The translations under genes and the position numbers were made by a program. A stretch of 64,000 nucleotides of DNA, taken from NCBI GenBank assembly GCA_016748015.1, contig JAAOMT010000436.1, positions 940,033 to 1,004,032 of the forward strand, given 5' to 3'. The number at the start of each line of letters is the position of its first letter. Positions within the stretch are counted from its first letter, which is position 1. The DNA comes from Geosiphon pyriformis uo1 (lineage: Eukaryota; Fungi; Glomeromycota). This document shows positions 40,675 to 54,140 of the stretch, piece by piece. A model generated the notes under the pieces. It made no database searches. It was not told the DNA's origin and saw nothing but the letters and a program-made list of their open reading frames with translations.

Positions 40675-43600
40675 AAAACTTCTTTCTTTCGTTTCTCCAC
40701 AAATCCCAAAAAAGAGTCAAAAGTTTTTTGAAAGAAGTTTTTTACCATTCAGTATGATAAATCCAAACCATTTCTGCTTGATTATGAGGCTGTTGTTGGC
40801 CCTAGTATTGCTGTCATGAAAAAGACAGTTGAAAGTTCTGGCTCTGTAGGTGGTTTCAAGGCTGTTCTGTTAAGGAAAAAGAGAAGAGGCGGTGTTTTTG
40901 AAGACAATACTGGTGCTAAAAAGGGTTCTGCTAAGGTGCAAAATGGTCATTCATGGAGTTCGGAAACTGGTGATACCACAGAATCTGACAGTGTTGATAT
41001 AGAAAAGGAGTGTCTTGTAGAGAAAACAAGTTTCGATTATGGTGAAGATGGTGCGCTCGTTGGTGGAGATTTGGATCAGACGCTGAAGGATTCGTAGATA
41101 ACAACTAGGAAAGTGTTGGGAAAGCCTTTGGGAAAGATCAACTTCCTGGATGGCAATGATAATGATGATGTTTTTCTGGATGCCTCTCTGGTGCTTTTTC
41201 CTCCTCTTAAGAACCTGGTCAATGTTTCTGTTAGAAAGTTGTTTGCTTTGGATTTGGATCTGAAAGCAGTAGAAAGAAATTCGGCCCAGGAAAAGCTCAA
41301 AAAGATCAGGAGTTTATTTTCAGGAATCAATAGTTTTGGGGGGGCATCTATCCCCTCAAAATTCTCAGAGATCATCAGAGCGACATTCACTTTCGAATTG
41401 AGTTTAATAAAAGCCACTAAAAAGGCTACTGGTGTGAATATCATGGTAAACACCGATCTTAAGAGATCGGGCTGTGGTGTTGAAGGAAATTCCAGTTGGA
41501 ACATCAACTGAGGCTGTGTGCGCTGTGATCTCTGAGTTTGGGACAATTAAGTTGATCAAGATGCAATTGGTGGGGCTGTGACAGAAGGCTGTAGTAGAAT
41601 TTGAGCATTCAGATTACACCGATTTGGTCATAGCAAAGTGGTCAATCTTAATCGGGAAAGATGCTATGTGGATGGCTAGATCAAATTTGGACAAAGAGTC
41701 ATGGGACACGAGGGATCAGCATAGAGCGCTCTTCTATACTCTGCCAATGGGAACGACTGTTCATGACATCTAGAATTTTATTGGTTCTGTGGGTGGAAAG
41801 ACGTGTGTCATTAATTATCATCCGATTACATATGCTAGGACTAGGTGTGCTGTCATCTGTTTTGATTCTGCTGAATCATTGGATGCCATTGTGGGAACTA
41901 TGCCAGTGTTGAGGGGTGCCAATCTATGCTGGTCTTGTCTTATCTTGGCCAAGTATGCCAAGTGTGAGAAATTAGGCCATACGTCATTGGGCTGTGCAGT
42001 TGGTGGGAGAGTTTTTTCGGGTTTGTCTTCGCATAGAGTCCTGTTGAATACAGATAAAAGCAGATTGGCAGCCATCTATACCAAGCAATCAGCTCTAGTT
42101 GCTCGTCCAGTCTCTTTCAGTGGTCTCTCTTGGGCGAAGGTTGCTAATGGGTCTTCTTTTCCTTCTCTCTCTGAACGAAATGCTTCAGTAAAATTTGGTT
42201 CCTTTTCGGAGATGGAGCCATTTCTGCCAGTTTCGATGAAAGTTAATGATAGGTTTGCTGCTCTTGAGCGCAGTCTCGCCAGCCTTGCGGAGTAGGTGGG
42301 TAAGCTGGCTAAGAGGTTGGATGCACTTGGGCCAATGGTTTCCCAGCCAAGCCCTGGATGTCAGCCATTGGTGACCCTTTCATCACAGAATCAAGGGGCA
42401 GATATAGTGATAAGTGAGGGTTCGGGTGCAGCCACTAGTGGTGAGATTGTTGCGAGAGTGGTGTCTTCTGATGTATCTTTGGTATCTAAGTTGGAAGACA
42501 GCATGAAGTGTCTGATGGAAACAGTTCTGGGACTTTCAGCCAAAGTGGACAGTTTTGGGGCAAGTTCAAATTCCTTTTCTTCTTAATAAACAGTCTGGTT
42601 TGGAATTTTGCTACTTGCAACATCAGAAGTATGAACAATCTTGCGAAACAGGACAATATCATTCGTTGGCATATAGAGAAGAACAATTTAGTTTCTATTT
42701 TTACAGAATCAAAGTTAAGAGGGAAATTCACCCCTGGATTGTCAACAAATATGATGATGTGTGGGTGTTTACCTCTGGTTTGGAATCTGGCTATCTGGGA
42801 GCTGGTGTCGCTGTCGTCATGAATTCTTCTTTGGCGAAACATGTGTGCAAAGTGTCAGAGGTGCCTGGTCAGCTCTTGTCTATTAAGTTACTTTTCAAAA
42901 ATAAACTTTCAGTGTCTATTCTGGGTCTGTATGCTGGTGCTTCCTCAGCAGTTCAGTTCTCTCAGACTGGTGAAGTCAACTCTCTCATTGCAAAAGCTGT
43001 TAATGAATCTTTTTTTGTTGTTCTCGGTGGTGATTTCAATGAAGACAGTTCTCACAGGTGTGCGAGTTTTAAAAAGTGTCTGAATTTGGGTCTGGTTAAT
43101 GCCTTGGGTGGAAGCTCCTATGGGAAATTACCGACTTGGTCCAATTCTCGAGGCATTGCTAAGATGATTGATTTTATGTTCATTTCTTCAAATCTGGTCA
43201 ATGCAGTTGTGAGTCATGACATGTTTGGCATTGGGGAATACTTTGATACTGATCATCAGGCTGTCTCAGTATTAGTGGGTTTGGGTAGTCTGCTCGATGT
43301 TCAGTTGGATTCTGTTCACAGACAAGCAAATAGAGATTGCTGGAAGTACGATTGCAAAGGTGCGGATGATGTTAAATGGGCCAAATTTAAGGAAGATACG
43401 GCAGCAAATGCTGCTGTGTTTCATGATGATTTTTTTGTAGCCAGGGTCTGCTCGGACTTGGATTTGATGTGGGTTGCTCTCCGTAAAGTGATGTGTCTGT
43501 CTGCCAAGGCGGTTTTCAGGAAAAAGTGGTTCAAGAAATATGATAAAATTTTTAACAAGGATTCATCCAAATTTCACAAGCTGGAGCTCTTGGTGTCTAA

Positions 43601-46600
43601 GTTAGTTAGAGCATCTCATATGGATTCTGCTGAGAAGTTTACATCCCTGTTCGACAGGTGAGAAGATTTGGATTCAGTCAATGCTTCTGCGGTGAAGTCT
43701 TTCTTCCTATCAGGTTCCCACTTCAATGCTATTCAGTCAGTTTTGTATAAGGTCAAAAAGTCTTATCGCACATCCAAAATGTCAGAAGCGGAGCGAGTTA
43801 GAGAATCTCAAATCAGGTCGGCAATAGATAAAAGGATGGAGAGTTTTGAATTGGACAAAAGTCATACTATTAGGAATGTATTAGAATGTTCTTTTTGCAA
43901 AGTAACTTTGAATCATCTGGTTGTTGATGGTGAGTTGGTTTTGGAGCCTGCTCTGGTTAAGGCCAAAGTGGATGCAGTCATGAAGGAATGGACTAGGAAG
44001 CGCGATGTAGTTTCTGATATTACTGGTGTCTGGAGTCGCCAATATCAGCCTTTAGAGTATGTTTTTGACAACGCTTTTTCTGGTGTAATAAGCCTAATTG
44101 ATTTTGATAAAATGTTTAGTGTCGTTTTGAACCTGCCTGATGAGAAAGCTGCTGGTCTCTCTGGTATCTCAAATGAGTTGTAGAAACATAGCGACAAATC
44201 GGTTTTGGACATGCTTTTAGTGCTTTTGAATGTTTGCTTGGAGCATGAATCTGTTCCTGGGCCTTGGAAGGAGGCTTGGGTATCAATGATCCCCAAACCT
44301 TATGAATGGGAGAGTGTTCTCATGAACATTTGTCCTATTGCTTTGGTTGAAATGGCTCGCAAAATTCTTTCTAAGGTGCTTTCAGACAGAATTTTTTTGG
44401 CTTGTAGTGTTTTCGACATTCTGAGGGGGGATAATTTTTCTGTTTTAAAAGGCACAACCACACAGTCTCCCATTTTTGCTATTGGTTTGGTCATTGAGGA
44501 TGCTTTGGAGAAAAACCGAGAACTGTGGCTGGTCTTGCAAGACATGCGAAAGGCTTATAATTCTGTTGGCTGGGAGCATCTGAGGAAGAGCTTGGTCAGA
44601 ATAAAAATGTGTAACAAATTCATTCAGTTTTTTGGTGGCATTCACAATGATCAGGTCAACAGAGTTATGACGGATTTTGGGTTGACTGATGGATATTGGG
44701 TACATGATAGTTTGGATCAAGGGGAGGTGTTTTCTCCTCTTCTCTGGCGCATATTTTATGATCCCCTTTTGTGTGAGGTCAAGAGGCAAGAGAGTGTATG
44801 TGGATACAGGTTAGACTCTCGTTTTGTTGCCAACACTGGTCGTGCTGAATCTCGGGCTGGTTTGACTTCTTTCCTTGCTGCTGGTGCTTTCGTCAATGAT
44901 ACAATTTGGATTGGTAGCAGCCAGGCTGCCACCCAACATATTCTCAATGTTGCTAGTGAGTTTTTTCGAGTCAATGACATTTCGATCAATAATGACAAAA
45001 CGGTGGCCATTCCCATTAATTGCAAAGTTTTCAGCCCTCGTTTGTTGATCAGTGGTTTGCCTATTTCGATAGCCAAAAAGGGAGAGTCTCATCAGTACCT
45101 GGATATCTTTCTGTCTACTGAAGGTTTGTTAAAGTCTAGCTTGGCTAAGGCACGCTTGGATGTCCAGTTTTTCACCAACCTTGTTCTGAGAAAGGCTATC
45201 TCTGATAAGCAGTTCTCATATTTAGTGTCAGTGGTTCTTCACCCCATAATTGCCTATAAGATTCAGTTTAGTTTTGTTCCTATTAGTGTATGTGTGAAAT
45301 GGGACACTTTGATTCGTAAAGGTTTGAAGTCCAAATCTGGTCTGCTGCTCGACTTTTCCAATGATGCTATTCATCATCCTTCTCTGTATGGGTTAAAATC
45401 TTTTAAACAGGTCCAGGCTGAGAGCAAGTCAGCTGCTGTTGTTTGTTTTGCCAATTCTGTAGGTATTTTGGGCCGTCTGTTTGTGCATAGGTCTCATGAT
45501 TTACAGGTTCTCAGCTAGTGCCCTCGTCACCCCTTGCTTTTCTCTTCTCATATTAATGTCAGTCCTTTGAATAACTTTTTGGCTGGTGTCGTCTGGATTT
45601 TTTTGGGTTGTGACTTTTCTCTAGATGGTCTCGTGACCAAAGCTTTTTGTTTTCAAAAAGAGACTCCAATGTCTATTGTTTTTGGTGAGTTAGCTTTTTA
45701 TAAATGTGTCTCTTCGCTTTGGTGATATGGAATTGCCTTTTTTGAGCAGCTTCGCGACCGAACTGGTTCTGTTTTCGAATGGAGGACTTTCAAGCAGTAG
45801 AAGAGACTGGACCCTCAGGGCCCGATTCCTGATTGGTTCAATGCTGCTGTTCGCTTTTTGTCTGGTTCTGGGTCATCTTCCATTTGTTTTCTTTTACCAC
45901 TGAATGTTGATTCATCTGATGTATTTGTGTCTTGCGAGTTTGATGTTGTTTGCAATCGCTTGTTGGAGGTTGATTCTGATCGTCTTTTTTTGTTTATGGA
46001 TGGTTCTCTGTGTGGGCTAGGTACTCTTGGTATGAAGGCTGGCACCACTGTTTTTTTTGGGGACATTGATTTGGGTTTGGGTGTAGAAGTTTCTGGTTTG
46101 GTTTCTTCTACTATGACGGAGCTGTAGGCCATTGCTTTGGCTCTCGAGTGTGTCCCTCCTTCTCGTTTAGTTAATATGTTTTCGGACAGCCAGGCCGCTT
46201 TAGATGCATGCAGGTCAGAGTTAATGTTAGGGCGTCCAAATTTTAGGAATCAGTGTTGGGTCAAACGCCACCATATTTCTAATGTTATTCATCGCAAAAA
46301 TTTGGATGTTAATTGGATTAAAGTTAGGGGTCACTCTGGAGTCTTGGGCAATAAGCATGCTGACACTTTGGCTAGGGCTGCAGCGTCTTTTGGTGTGCAT
46401 CTTCCTCACAGGATTGATGAACATTTTCTCAAGGCTGGTGGTACTGTGGTTTCTGGTAATTCTAGACATTTTGTTTGTGGTGTTTTCCGCTCTATTTACT
46501 GTGCACATTGGGAGGTCAGTTCTGGTTCTCGGGTATTGGTGGACAGTCTGCATGCTAATGTTGATTGGTCCAGATCATGTTCGGTGTGACATCCGGACTC

Positions 46601-47410
46601 TCATTTGGCCGCTGGTTTTACTAGTGCTTGTACTGCTGGTTCTCAGACGTATTTTATGAAGGTGTTGCATCATCATCTTCCTGTTGCTGTGTGTAAGCAA
46701 CTTTATGATAAAGGGTACTCCAGTGTGTTGTGTTTGTTCTGTGGCGATGTTGAGATTTCAGATCATGTGTTTTTATGCCCATTCAATGCTGGTGATTGTG
46801 CTCGGTTGATAAACGCTCATGCATCTGTTTGGAAGATGTGCTCAGATTTAGCTTACTTGACTTCATGTGTTTTACAGTTGCTTTCTGCTTGCACTTCCAA
46901 TGCTGTTGTTAGTACGGCTATATGTAAGAGCTTTGTATTCAATGAGTGGTATTGTGAATCTTTTTCTGTTTTCAAGGACGCTAAAATGGCAGCTCGGAAT
47001 ATCGTGGCATTTGTGCGCGAATTCTGTCTTGCATTCCAAGATAATATTTGGCTAGTACGTGCAAAGCACAGAGCTGTTATGGAGAAGGGTGGCCTGATCT
47101 CATGTGATGGTTCTATTCCTATCTCGATTTCTGGTCTTCCTTCGGTGCTCTCGTCCAGTATGGTTAGATTGTTGGGTATGGCTGATGCATTTGGTATTGG
47201 TTTTGGGTTTCGTGAATCTAGTTTATTCTTTTCTGGTGTAGGTAAAATGGTCTTAGTGCATATAGGTGTCTAGTGTTGTCCTAACTAGTCTGAGTGGCTA
47301 GTCATGTGTAGAAAGAGCATGATTCACGCCTAGTTTAGATCACTTATATGATGTATTGTACTAGGTAGTGTTTGGACCTCACTTGTTAATATAAATAAAT
47401 AAATAAAAAA
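40675..47410 (+). mobile_element. LINE copy C, near full length (~6.7 kb): ORF1 gag-like (~40750-42586) + ORF2 APE-RT-RNaseH-CCHC (~42586-47273), inactivated by stops and frameshifts; (TAAA)n/A tail
   Basis: Zn knuckle AKCEKLGHTSLGC; APE ATCNIRS, GGDFN, TDH; RT PIAL, QDMRKAYNSV, DQGEVFSPLL, AFVND; RNase H DGSL, SDSQ, KVRGHSG; CLFCGDVEISDHVFLC. Tail aataaataaataaataaaaaaa at ~47390-47410. Confidence 0.95.
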
Positions 47411-48735
47411 ATATTTGGCAATAATACTAACAGATAATTTATTGTTTAAAATTAAGTTAAAAAATAACCAGTTATTTAAACTTAACAAATTAAAAAAGTA
47501 ATATTGCTATTATCAATAATTTTAGCTTAACAAAAATCTTTTTTGGGTTTTAAAATCTTTTTTTTTAAAAATAAAAATTTGTAAAAAAATTTTAAACTAA
47601 AAATAGAATATTAATTAGTCAAAAATAATATGTGTTAGAGTTTTTATAAGATTTTAACAATAAAATAAAATTTAGATTTTGTATAATTTTTAAGATTTTT
47701 AATTTTAAAAAATTTTTAAAGACTATAATTTTTGGTGGTTTATTATTTTTAACAATAAATATAATAACTTTATTAAAATTTAAAGCAAAATTAAACTTGA
47801 GTATTTTTTTGGTAAAATTAAAAAAATTAATTATTTAATTAATTATTTTATTTTTTTATTATTATTTAATAAGTACAGTTTAATTATTATTTAATACAAA
47901 AAAACAAATTAAGTAATCTTAATTAAATATAGTTTATATACTTATTATATATGCCAATTACTTGGGCCAATTAAGACAACATTATATATTTACATAAATT
48001 TTTGCACTATTGTTTACACTTAAAAAAAACAAACAAGTTTTATATAATTCAAAATTAATAACAAATGACTTAATAATACTAAATAAGTAAATTATTTCAA
48101 CTAACAAAAAACTAAAAAAATTACAAAAAACATTAAATAATACTTTTTTATTACTTATCAGATTATTTTTTTTATGTTTATTTTGAATTTCGACCTAAAT
48201 ATTCATAATTTACTATAATTTTTTTAATTAAATAACAAACAAAATTAAGTACTATTAATACTGTTTTTTTTTATCATTAAAAATCAATATTGTTTTATTA
48301 ATTCAATTCTTAAAAATTTCATTTTTATATAAAATTATGTAATACTAATATTTAAAGTTTTTAAAAAAAGAATATACAATATTGAAGATAATAAAAGAGA
48401 GCAAATTTTTATTAAAGATTTTTATAGTTTAACATAATTAAGATTGTACAAAAATGTTTTTTAAACAAGTAAAAGCAAAATTAAATAGATAAACATTATT
48501 ACACAATAAATACAAAATATTCAAATAATCTGTATTATAAAATTTTTTTTTAATTGCAACCAGTAATTTTTTATAGACTGTTTTTATCAGATATATATAA
48601 AAAATAGCTAAAGTTTTGCTAATAAATCTAAAAAACATATAAAAATCTGGATGTCAAACTATAACAGTACAAATCCAGTTTATGTTTTGAATAAATAAGT
48701 CATTTATAATCCTTATATTAAGACTTACTTTCTAT

Positions 48736-49526
48736 TGTTACTTATAAAAATTAGAAATTATAATAATAGGTAAAATAACCAATTAAAAATAGACATAGTA
48801 AAAAGAAAAATTGCAAGATTTCAGAATTCCAGAATTTCAGAATTTTTTTTAAAAAAATTAAAGAATTTCAAAAAATTTTATATAATATAAATTATGTATA
48901 TATAATAAGAATATTAGAAGCAGAAAAAGTATTTAAGATCCAAATAAAACAATAACTAGCAATAACTACTTATTCTTCTTTTAAAAAATAATTTTCTATA
49001 ACTTAAAATAGAATCATATTAATATTAATAAAATATCTAATTATTATTCAATTCATATTATTATTGCTTAATTAAAAATATTAATCATTTTTACTATTAT
49101 TAATATTTTATATTAATAGAATCTAATACTTAACTATATTGAACCAATAATTCTTAATTATAGTTATTAATAGAATACTAATTTTTTATTTTTTTTGTTT
49201 TATTTTTTTGTTGTTTATTAATTGATTAAAAAAATTAAACACTAAGTATTTGATATTAAAGATAGCCTGATAAAAAATCTGAGAACAAAAATAAAAATTT
49301 AAGAATAGATTACTAAAAGGGCATGATTATTAGAATAAACCAGCCATCATACTAAAGAAAAAAATTTACAAAAGAAACTATCACTTGAATTTCTGTTTAT
49401 TATACAAAAAACTCAATCAAAATTTTCAAACACCAAAATCTTTAAAAATTATCAATATCAACAACTATTGAACACCAAGTTATTGATTTGTTATTTGTTT
49501 CAACACCCAAATAATTACTTGTAACA
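48736..49526 (+). mobile_element. Degraded solo LTR (family 1) with 4-bp TSD CTAT
   Basis: TGTTAC...GTAACA termini. CTAT at 48732-48735 and 49527-49530. Colinear similarity to the reverse complement of 54143-55070. Confidence 0.8.
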
Positions 49527-52079
49527 CTATTAAGCATAATAAACAGTTTGATAAATATTATAAACAAAATAACAAGTATTATTTAACATGACCAAATTAT
49601 TAGCCATGATAAATTTTTTATAAATCTTAACAAGAAAAGTTAAACAAAATTGAACTACAATATACATAAAAACATTTATTTAATTATTATTAATGTCTTT
49701 TAAATGGTTTTTAATCTTTATTTATCTTATAAAAATATTTTTTAACTTAATTAAATTAGCTATATAATATTTTTCTATTTAACACTTGTTCTAAAAACCA
49801 AGCAGATTAAGTTTAAGCTCTAAAATATATACATTAATAACAATTTGGCAATCTGTATGCAAAATTACTAAGCAAAAAAAAGAAATACATTTCAATACTA
49901 AAGCAATTGCTTGCAATTTTATTATTATTAAAAACAACAATTTATGTACTTTAACATCCATATTTATCTTAAAATTAGAAAAGTAAATTACTGTTTTACT
50001 AATCACTTTTATAGTACTTAAGTTTTTTAATAAATTATTGATATAAATACTTATTGTTTTTGCTTATAACTTGTATAAATGTTTTTGAATGTTTAAAAAA
50101 TTTTTTGAGCAAAAAAGTTTAAGCAACCAAAACTAAGAATAATTTTATCAGATTTAATTGAGAAATTATTTATGTAAACATAAGTTTTTTCAAATTATAA
50201 TAATATTAGATTCCTAAAACACAATTTTTTTTAATAACAAAAAGTTTTTTAATTTATAATTAGTTTATATTTATCTAACAATTTGTTTTCAAATACAATA
50301 CTAAAGTATTTTAAAAAACAAACTACATTAAAGTAATAGAAATTTTTTAAGATTTTAGATATTAAAAAATAGCCAGCACTATAAAATATACTAAACAAAT
50401 TATTGGTCAAAGAAATTTTATTATCCAAAAAATCTTTACAATGTTTGCCAAAAAATTATTTATAGGATTAACTCTTAACTTGATTGAATATTACAATAAG
50501 CTTATAAACACTTAACTTAAATTTTGTAAATTTAAAAAATAGTGTTTAAACAATTGGCTAAAAATTTTTGTTATATTAGAGAATTTAACTATTAAAACTG
50601 TTTTGGTTTTCACTTGTATTTGCTCAAAAAAAACCAATTTATACAAAAATAGATAATACAAAGTCTTATTAAGAAAGTTTTTAAGCAAATTGGTCTTAAA
50701 TTTAAGTCTTTTTTTTGTTATAATATTCTATTTTTGATATGTGCTTTTAGATATAAAACTAAATTGTATTTAATAATTAATTATAGGCTACAAAATTATT
50801 AAAACTAAATAAAAAAACTGTTTATTTAATAATAGTTTTCTGAAAACCATATTTAAAAAAAACTTAATATCCAAATAAGTATTGGTAAAACTTAGTTTAA
50901 ATATATTCTTTATTGACAAAAAAATTTTCAAGTACTTGTAAAATTTATTTTATTTAATAATAAAAATTAACTAAACACTAATATATAAAAAAGTGGTCAT
51001 AATTTTTTAGTTAATATAGATAGTTACTGCCTTATTATTATTAATAAAAATATTATTAATCCTAAAAAATTTACTAACTAAGTTTAAGATATGCTGTTGT
51101 TACTTATAGAATATAGAAATTAAATATTAATACATAAATTAGCCAATCAAAATAAATGTAGTAAAAGTGAAATTCCAGAATTTTTCTCAGAGGAATTGCA
51201 GGATTCCAGAAATTTCAGGATTCTAACAATTATAACTTGCAAGTCTAATTGACTCTGAGAGTCCTACTGACTCTGAGTCTTTCTTTCTAGCTTCTGATAC
51301 TACTACTATATATACATAAATTTTATTGTATGAGATTCCTTAAATTTTTCAATTCTCTAGCCAAGAATTCTGGAATTCCTGAAATCCTGCAATTCCTTTG
51401 AGAGAAATTTTGCAATTCTGTAATTCTGCAATTCTGCAATTCTGCAATTCCTCATACAAGAATCCTGCAATTCTTCTAAAAGAAATCCTGAAATTCCACT
51501 TTTACTACATTTATTTTGATTGGCTAATTTATGTACTAATATTTAATTCCTATATTCTATGAGTAACATTATTCTCTCTTTTAATATTGAGCTCCTGCAA
51601 AATCTTCTAAATTTCTTTTTTGTATCAATGTTATTGCTATAATTTTTATTGCTATTTTTTTTTAATTTTATACATGACTGAGGTTTTTTAACTATAGTGG
51701 TCTGTTCAGAATATCAATTTCAAATCTTGCATCTGTATTATGTACATGTTTACACATAATGCTCTCATTATTATCATTGAATTGAGTTAATTTCTGTTCT
51801 ATTGTAAGATTTAGAAGCATAATATATTGTTCTGTGTTTGAAGTAGAGTTTGAATTTGTTGTTGGTGGAGTTTAAATTATTATTGTTATTAGTGGAGTTT
51901 GAATTATTATTGTCATCAGTAAAGTTTGAATCAGAATTAAGTTCTAATTCCGATTTCCATTTGTTCTTGCTGATTGGCTCTTCTTCGAATATATGACACA
52001 TAGAAGTGGATTGTGACTACATTCCAATATTCTGACTCAAAGCCATCAGATAAGTTTTGCTGATTTATTAGTACTATGG

Positions 52080-53101
52080 TGTTATCAGGTAAAAGTTACG
52101 GATTTGTAACTTCTTAGCAATGACAATAACTTTCATCTGGAACACACATTACCATGATTATGCTACTGACTATAGCATATCATAGGTGTATAGACTATTT
52201 TAGTAGGTGGAAGAGCAAAAAGAAGTATGTGATAAGGTCATTAAAAGTGAAAGAAAGTATTGTTATTATTATTTGTTTTTGGGCAAGAACCAGTCTTAGG
52301 TATTTGAAAAGAGGAAAAGAGAAGTCACATTTCTTTATATGTATCAGAAATACAACCAGCAACAAGAAGAAACCAAAACTACTTAAGAAAATCATAACCA
52401 GAATTCTTTCAATTAGTCATCAAAAGGGTGTGGTATTCAAATGTCCGCTTTGAAAATGAAGTTATAGAAATTATAAAAAAATTGTAAAAATAAAACATAA
52501 CTGAAATAGATTTTGCTTAAACTTTTTATTGTTGAGACCACTCTCTAATAATGTGATATTTTATTACTTATTTTTAGATTTAATAACTTGTTCAGTAAAA
52601 CAAGCCTTAATGTGAAATAGTAATAACACATAATTTGAAATATCAGAAGTAATAGAACAACTTGAAATGGTGATAACAAGTAGGTAAAAGATTATAAACA
52701 ATGTGATTCCAAATAGTGATAAAAAATATGGGAAGGCATACTTGAAATTGTGATAACAAGTATTTAGAGCATAGGAAAGAGAGAGAATATGTAAGGAATA
52801 GAGAAAAGGACTAACTACTCACTATAAAACTATAGTAAAGAGTTGGCTCAGTATTGAACTGATACTTTCCTGAACTAACAAAGGAACTGTATATATAGCT
52901 AAATTACATCAGATCTACATACTATATTAGAACTATTTAAAATATATCAATTATTTATATATATTTAATTAATCAATTTATGATGAGCTTATTCGGCCTG
53001 TTATTCATCTAAGAGCTAATAATTTAGATGATCAGATTTAGATGACTGAATCTAGAACATTGATTGTAAATCAATAATACTAATTGTGATTATGATTAAC
53101 A
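52080..53101. mobile_element. Probable solo LTR (family 3) nested in the internal region of the family-1 element
   Basis: TGTTATCA...TGATTAACA termini, ~1 kb. The flanks ATGG/ATAA fit a 4-bp TSD only after G>A changes and a 1-nt ambiguity. Confidence 0.45.
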
Positions 53102-53559
53102 TAATCAGAAGTAGATTAATTGATTACATTTTTTGGTAACTACTTTTAACCATTGATTGCAGATCTGAAATGTTAGATTGTTCCAATAAGGGCGTATGAG
53201 AATTTTGGAGCATAACAAAATCTGTTGTTATCTGATTACATGCATCAATCATTCATTTCCATTGGTGTTTCTTAGTTTGCCAAGATTTCTTTGTATCCAA
53301 CTTAGTTAAACTGTTGGATTGTGCCATATTTCTTTGTTGTAATTGGATTGATTGTTGATCATTTATTTCCAGATTGCTGGCTGATTTTGTTGATTAAATG
53401 CAATAATGTAGGTATTTTTCGCATGATTTTGATGTTAATTTTCATTGTATGTGTTGTAATTTTTGCATTGAAAAGTGTGAAAATCTTCCGGTAACAATGA
53501 GAATTAGATTTTATTGGGCTATCAAAAGTAAGTTTCCTTGTATGATAACAGTGTTTGGA

Positions 53560-54010
53560 ATTTATCAGACTTCAAATGTTCAGGTTTTTTTTTTTAATAA
53601 TTCCTGGAGTTTGAATTACTAGAGGTTTAATGAGTTTATTAATGATAAGTTTTTTTGTGCAATAACAAGATTGGGATTATCAGGTTTTGAATGTTTGGGT
53701 TTTTTGAATAATTGGGTTTTTTAAATGATTAGGTCTTGAATAATTAGAGTTTTAATGAGTTTTAATGAGTTTATTAAAAGTAAGTTTCGAATGTTTGGGG
53801 TTTTAATGATCAGATTTTGAATAAACGGAGTTTTAATTTAATGAGTTTTAACAAATTTATCAATGGTAATTTTTAAATGTTTGGGGTTTTAATAATTAGG
53901 TCTTGAATAATCGGAGTTTTAATTTAACAAGTTTTTAATGAATTTATCAATGGTAATTTTCGAATGTTTGGGTTTTAAATAATCGGAGTTTCAATTTAAC
54001 GAGTTTTTCA
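53560..54010. repeat. Degenerate tandem repeat (~70-90 bp units) in the leader of the LTR element
   Basis: Recurrent ttttgaatgtttggggttttaataattaggtcttgaataatcggagttttaatttaatgagttt. Confidence 0.75.
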
Positions 54011-54124
54011 AAGGTAATAGTAAAATAAAAATTTCATAAATCTTAAGTAATTTTCCTTTGTTTTCTCTTGGTCTGCCACTTTTGGATGGTTGTTGGTTGG
54101 TGCTGGTTCTCTGTAAGATTATAT

Positions 54125-54140
54125 CTCACAGGGAGCACCA
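54125..54140 (-). other. tRNA primer-binding site
   Basis: TGGTGCTCCCTGTGAG lies 2 nt after the LTR end. It resembles the complement of a tRNA-Ile(UAU)-type 3' end; the isoacceptor assignment is inferred. Confidence 0.7.

Noticed and set aside
36812-47410. Copies B and C as one 5'-inverted (twin-primed) insertion
   Set aside because: Both carry their own RT-RNaseH-3' UTR and are clearly diverged, so they are independent insertions.
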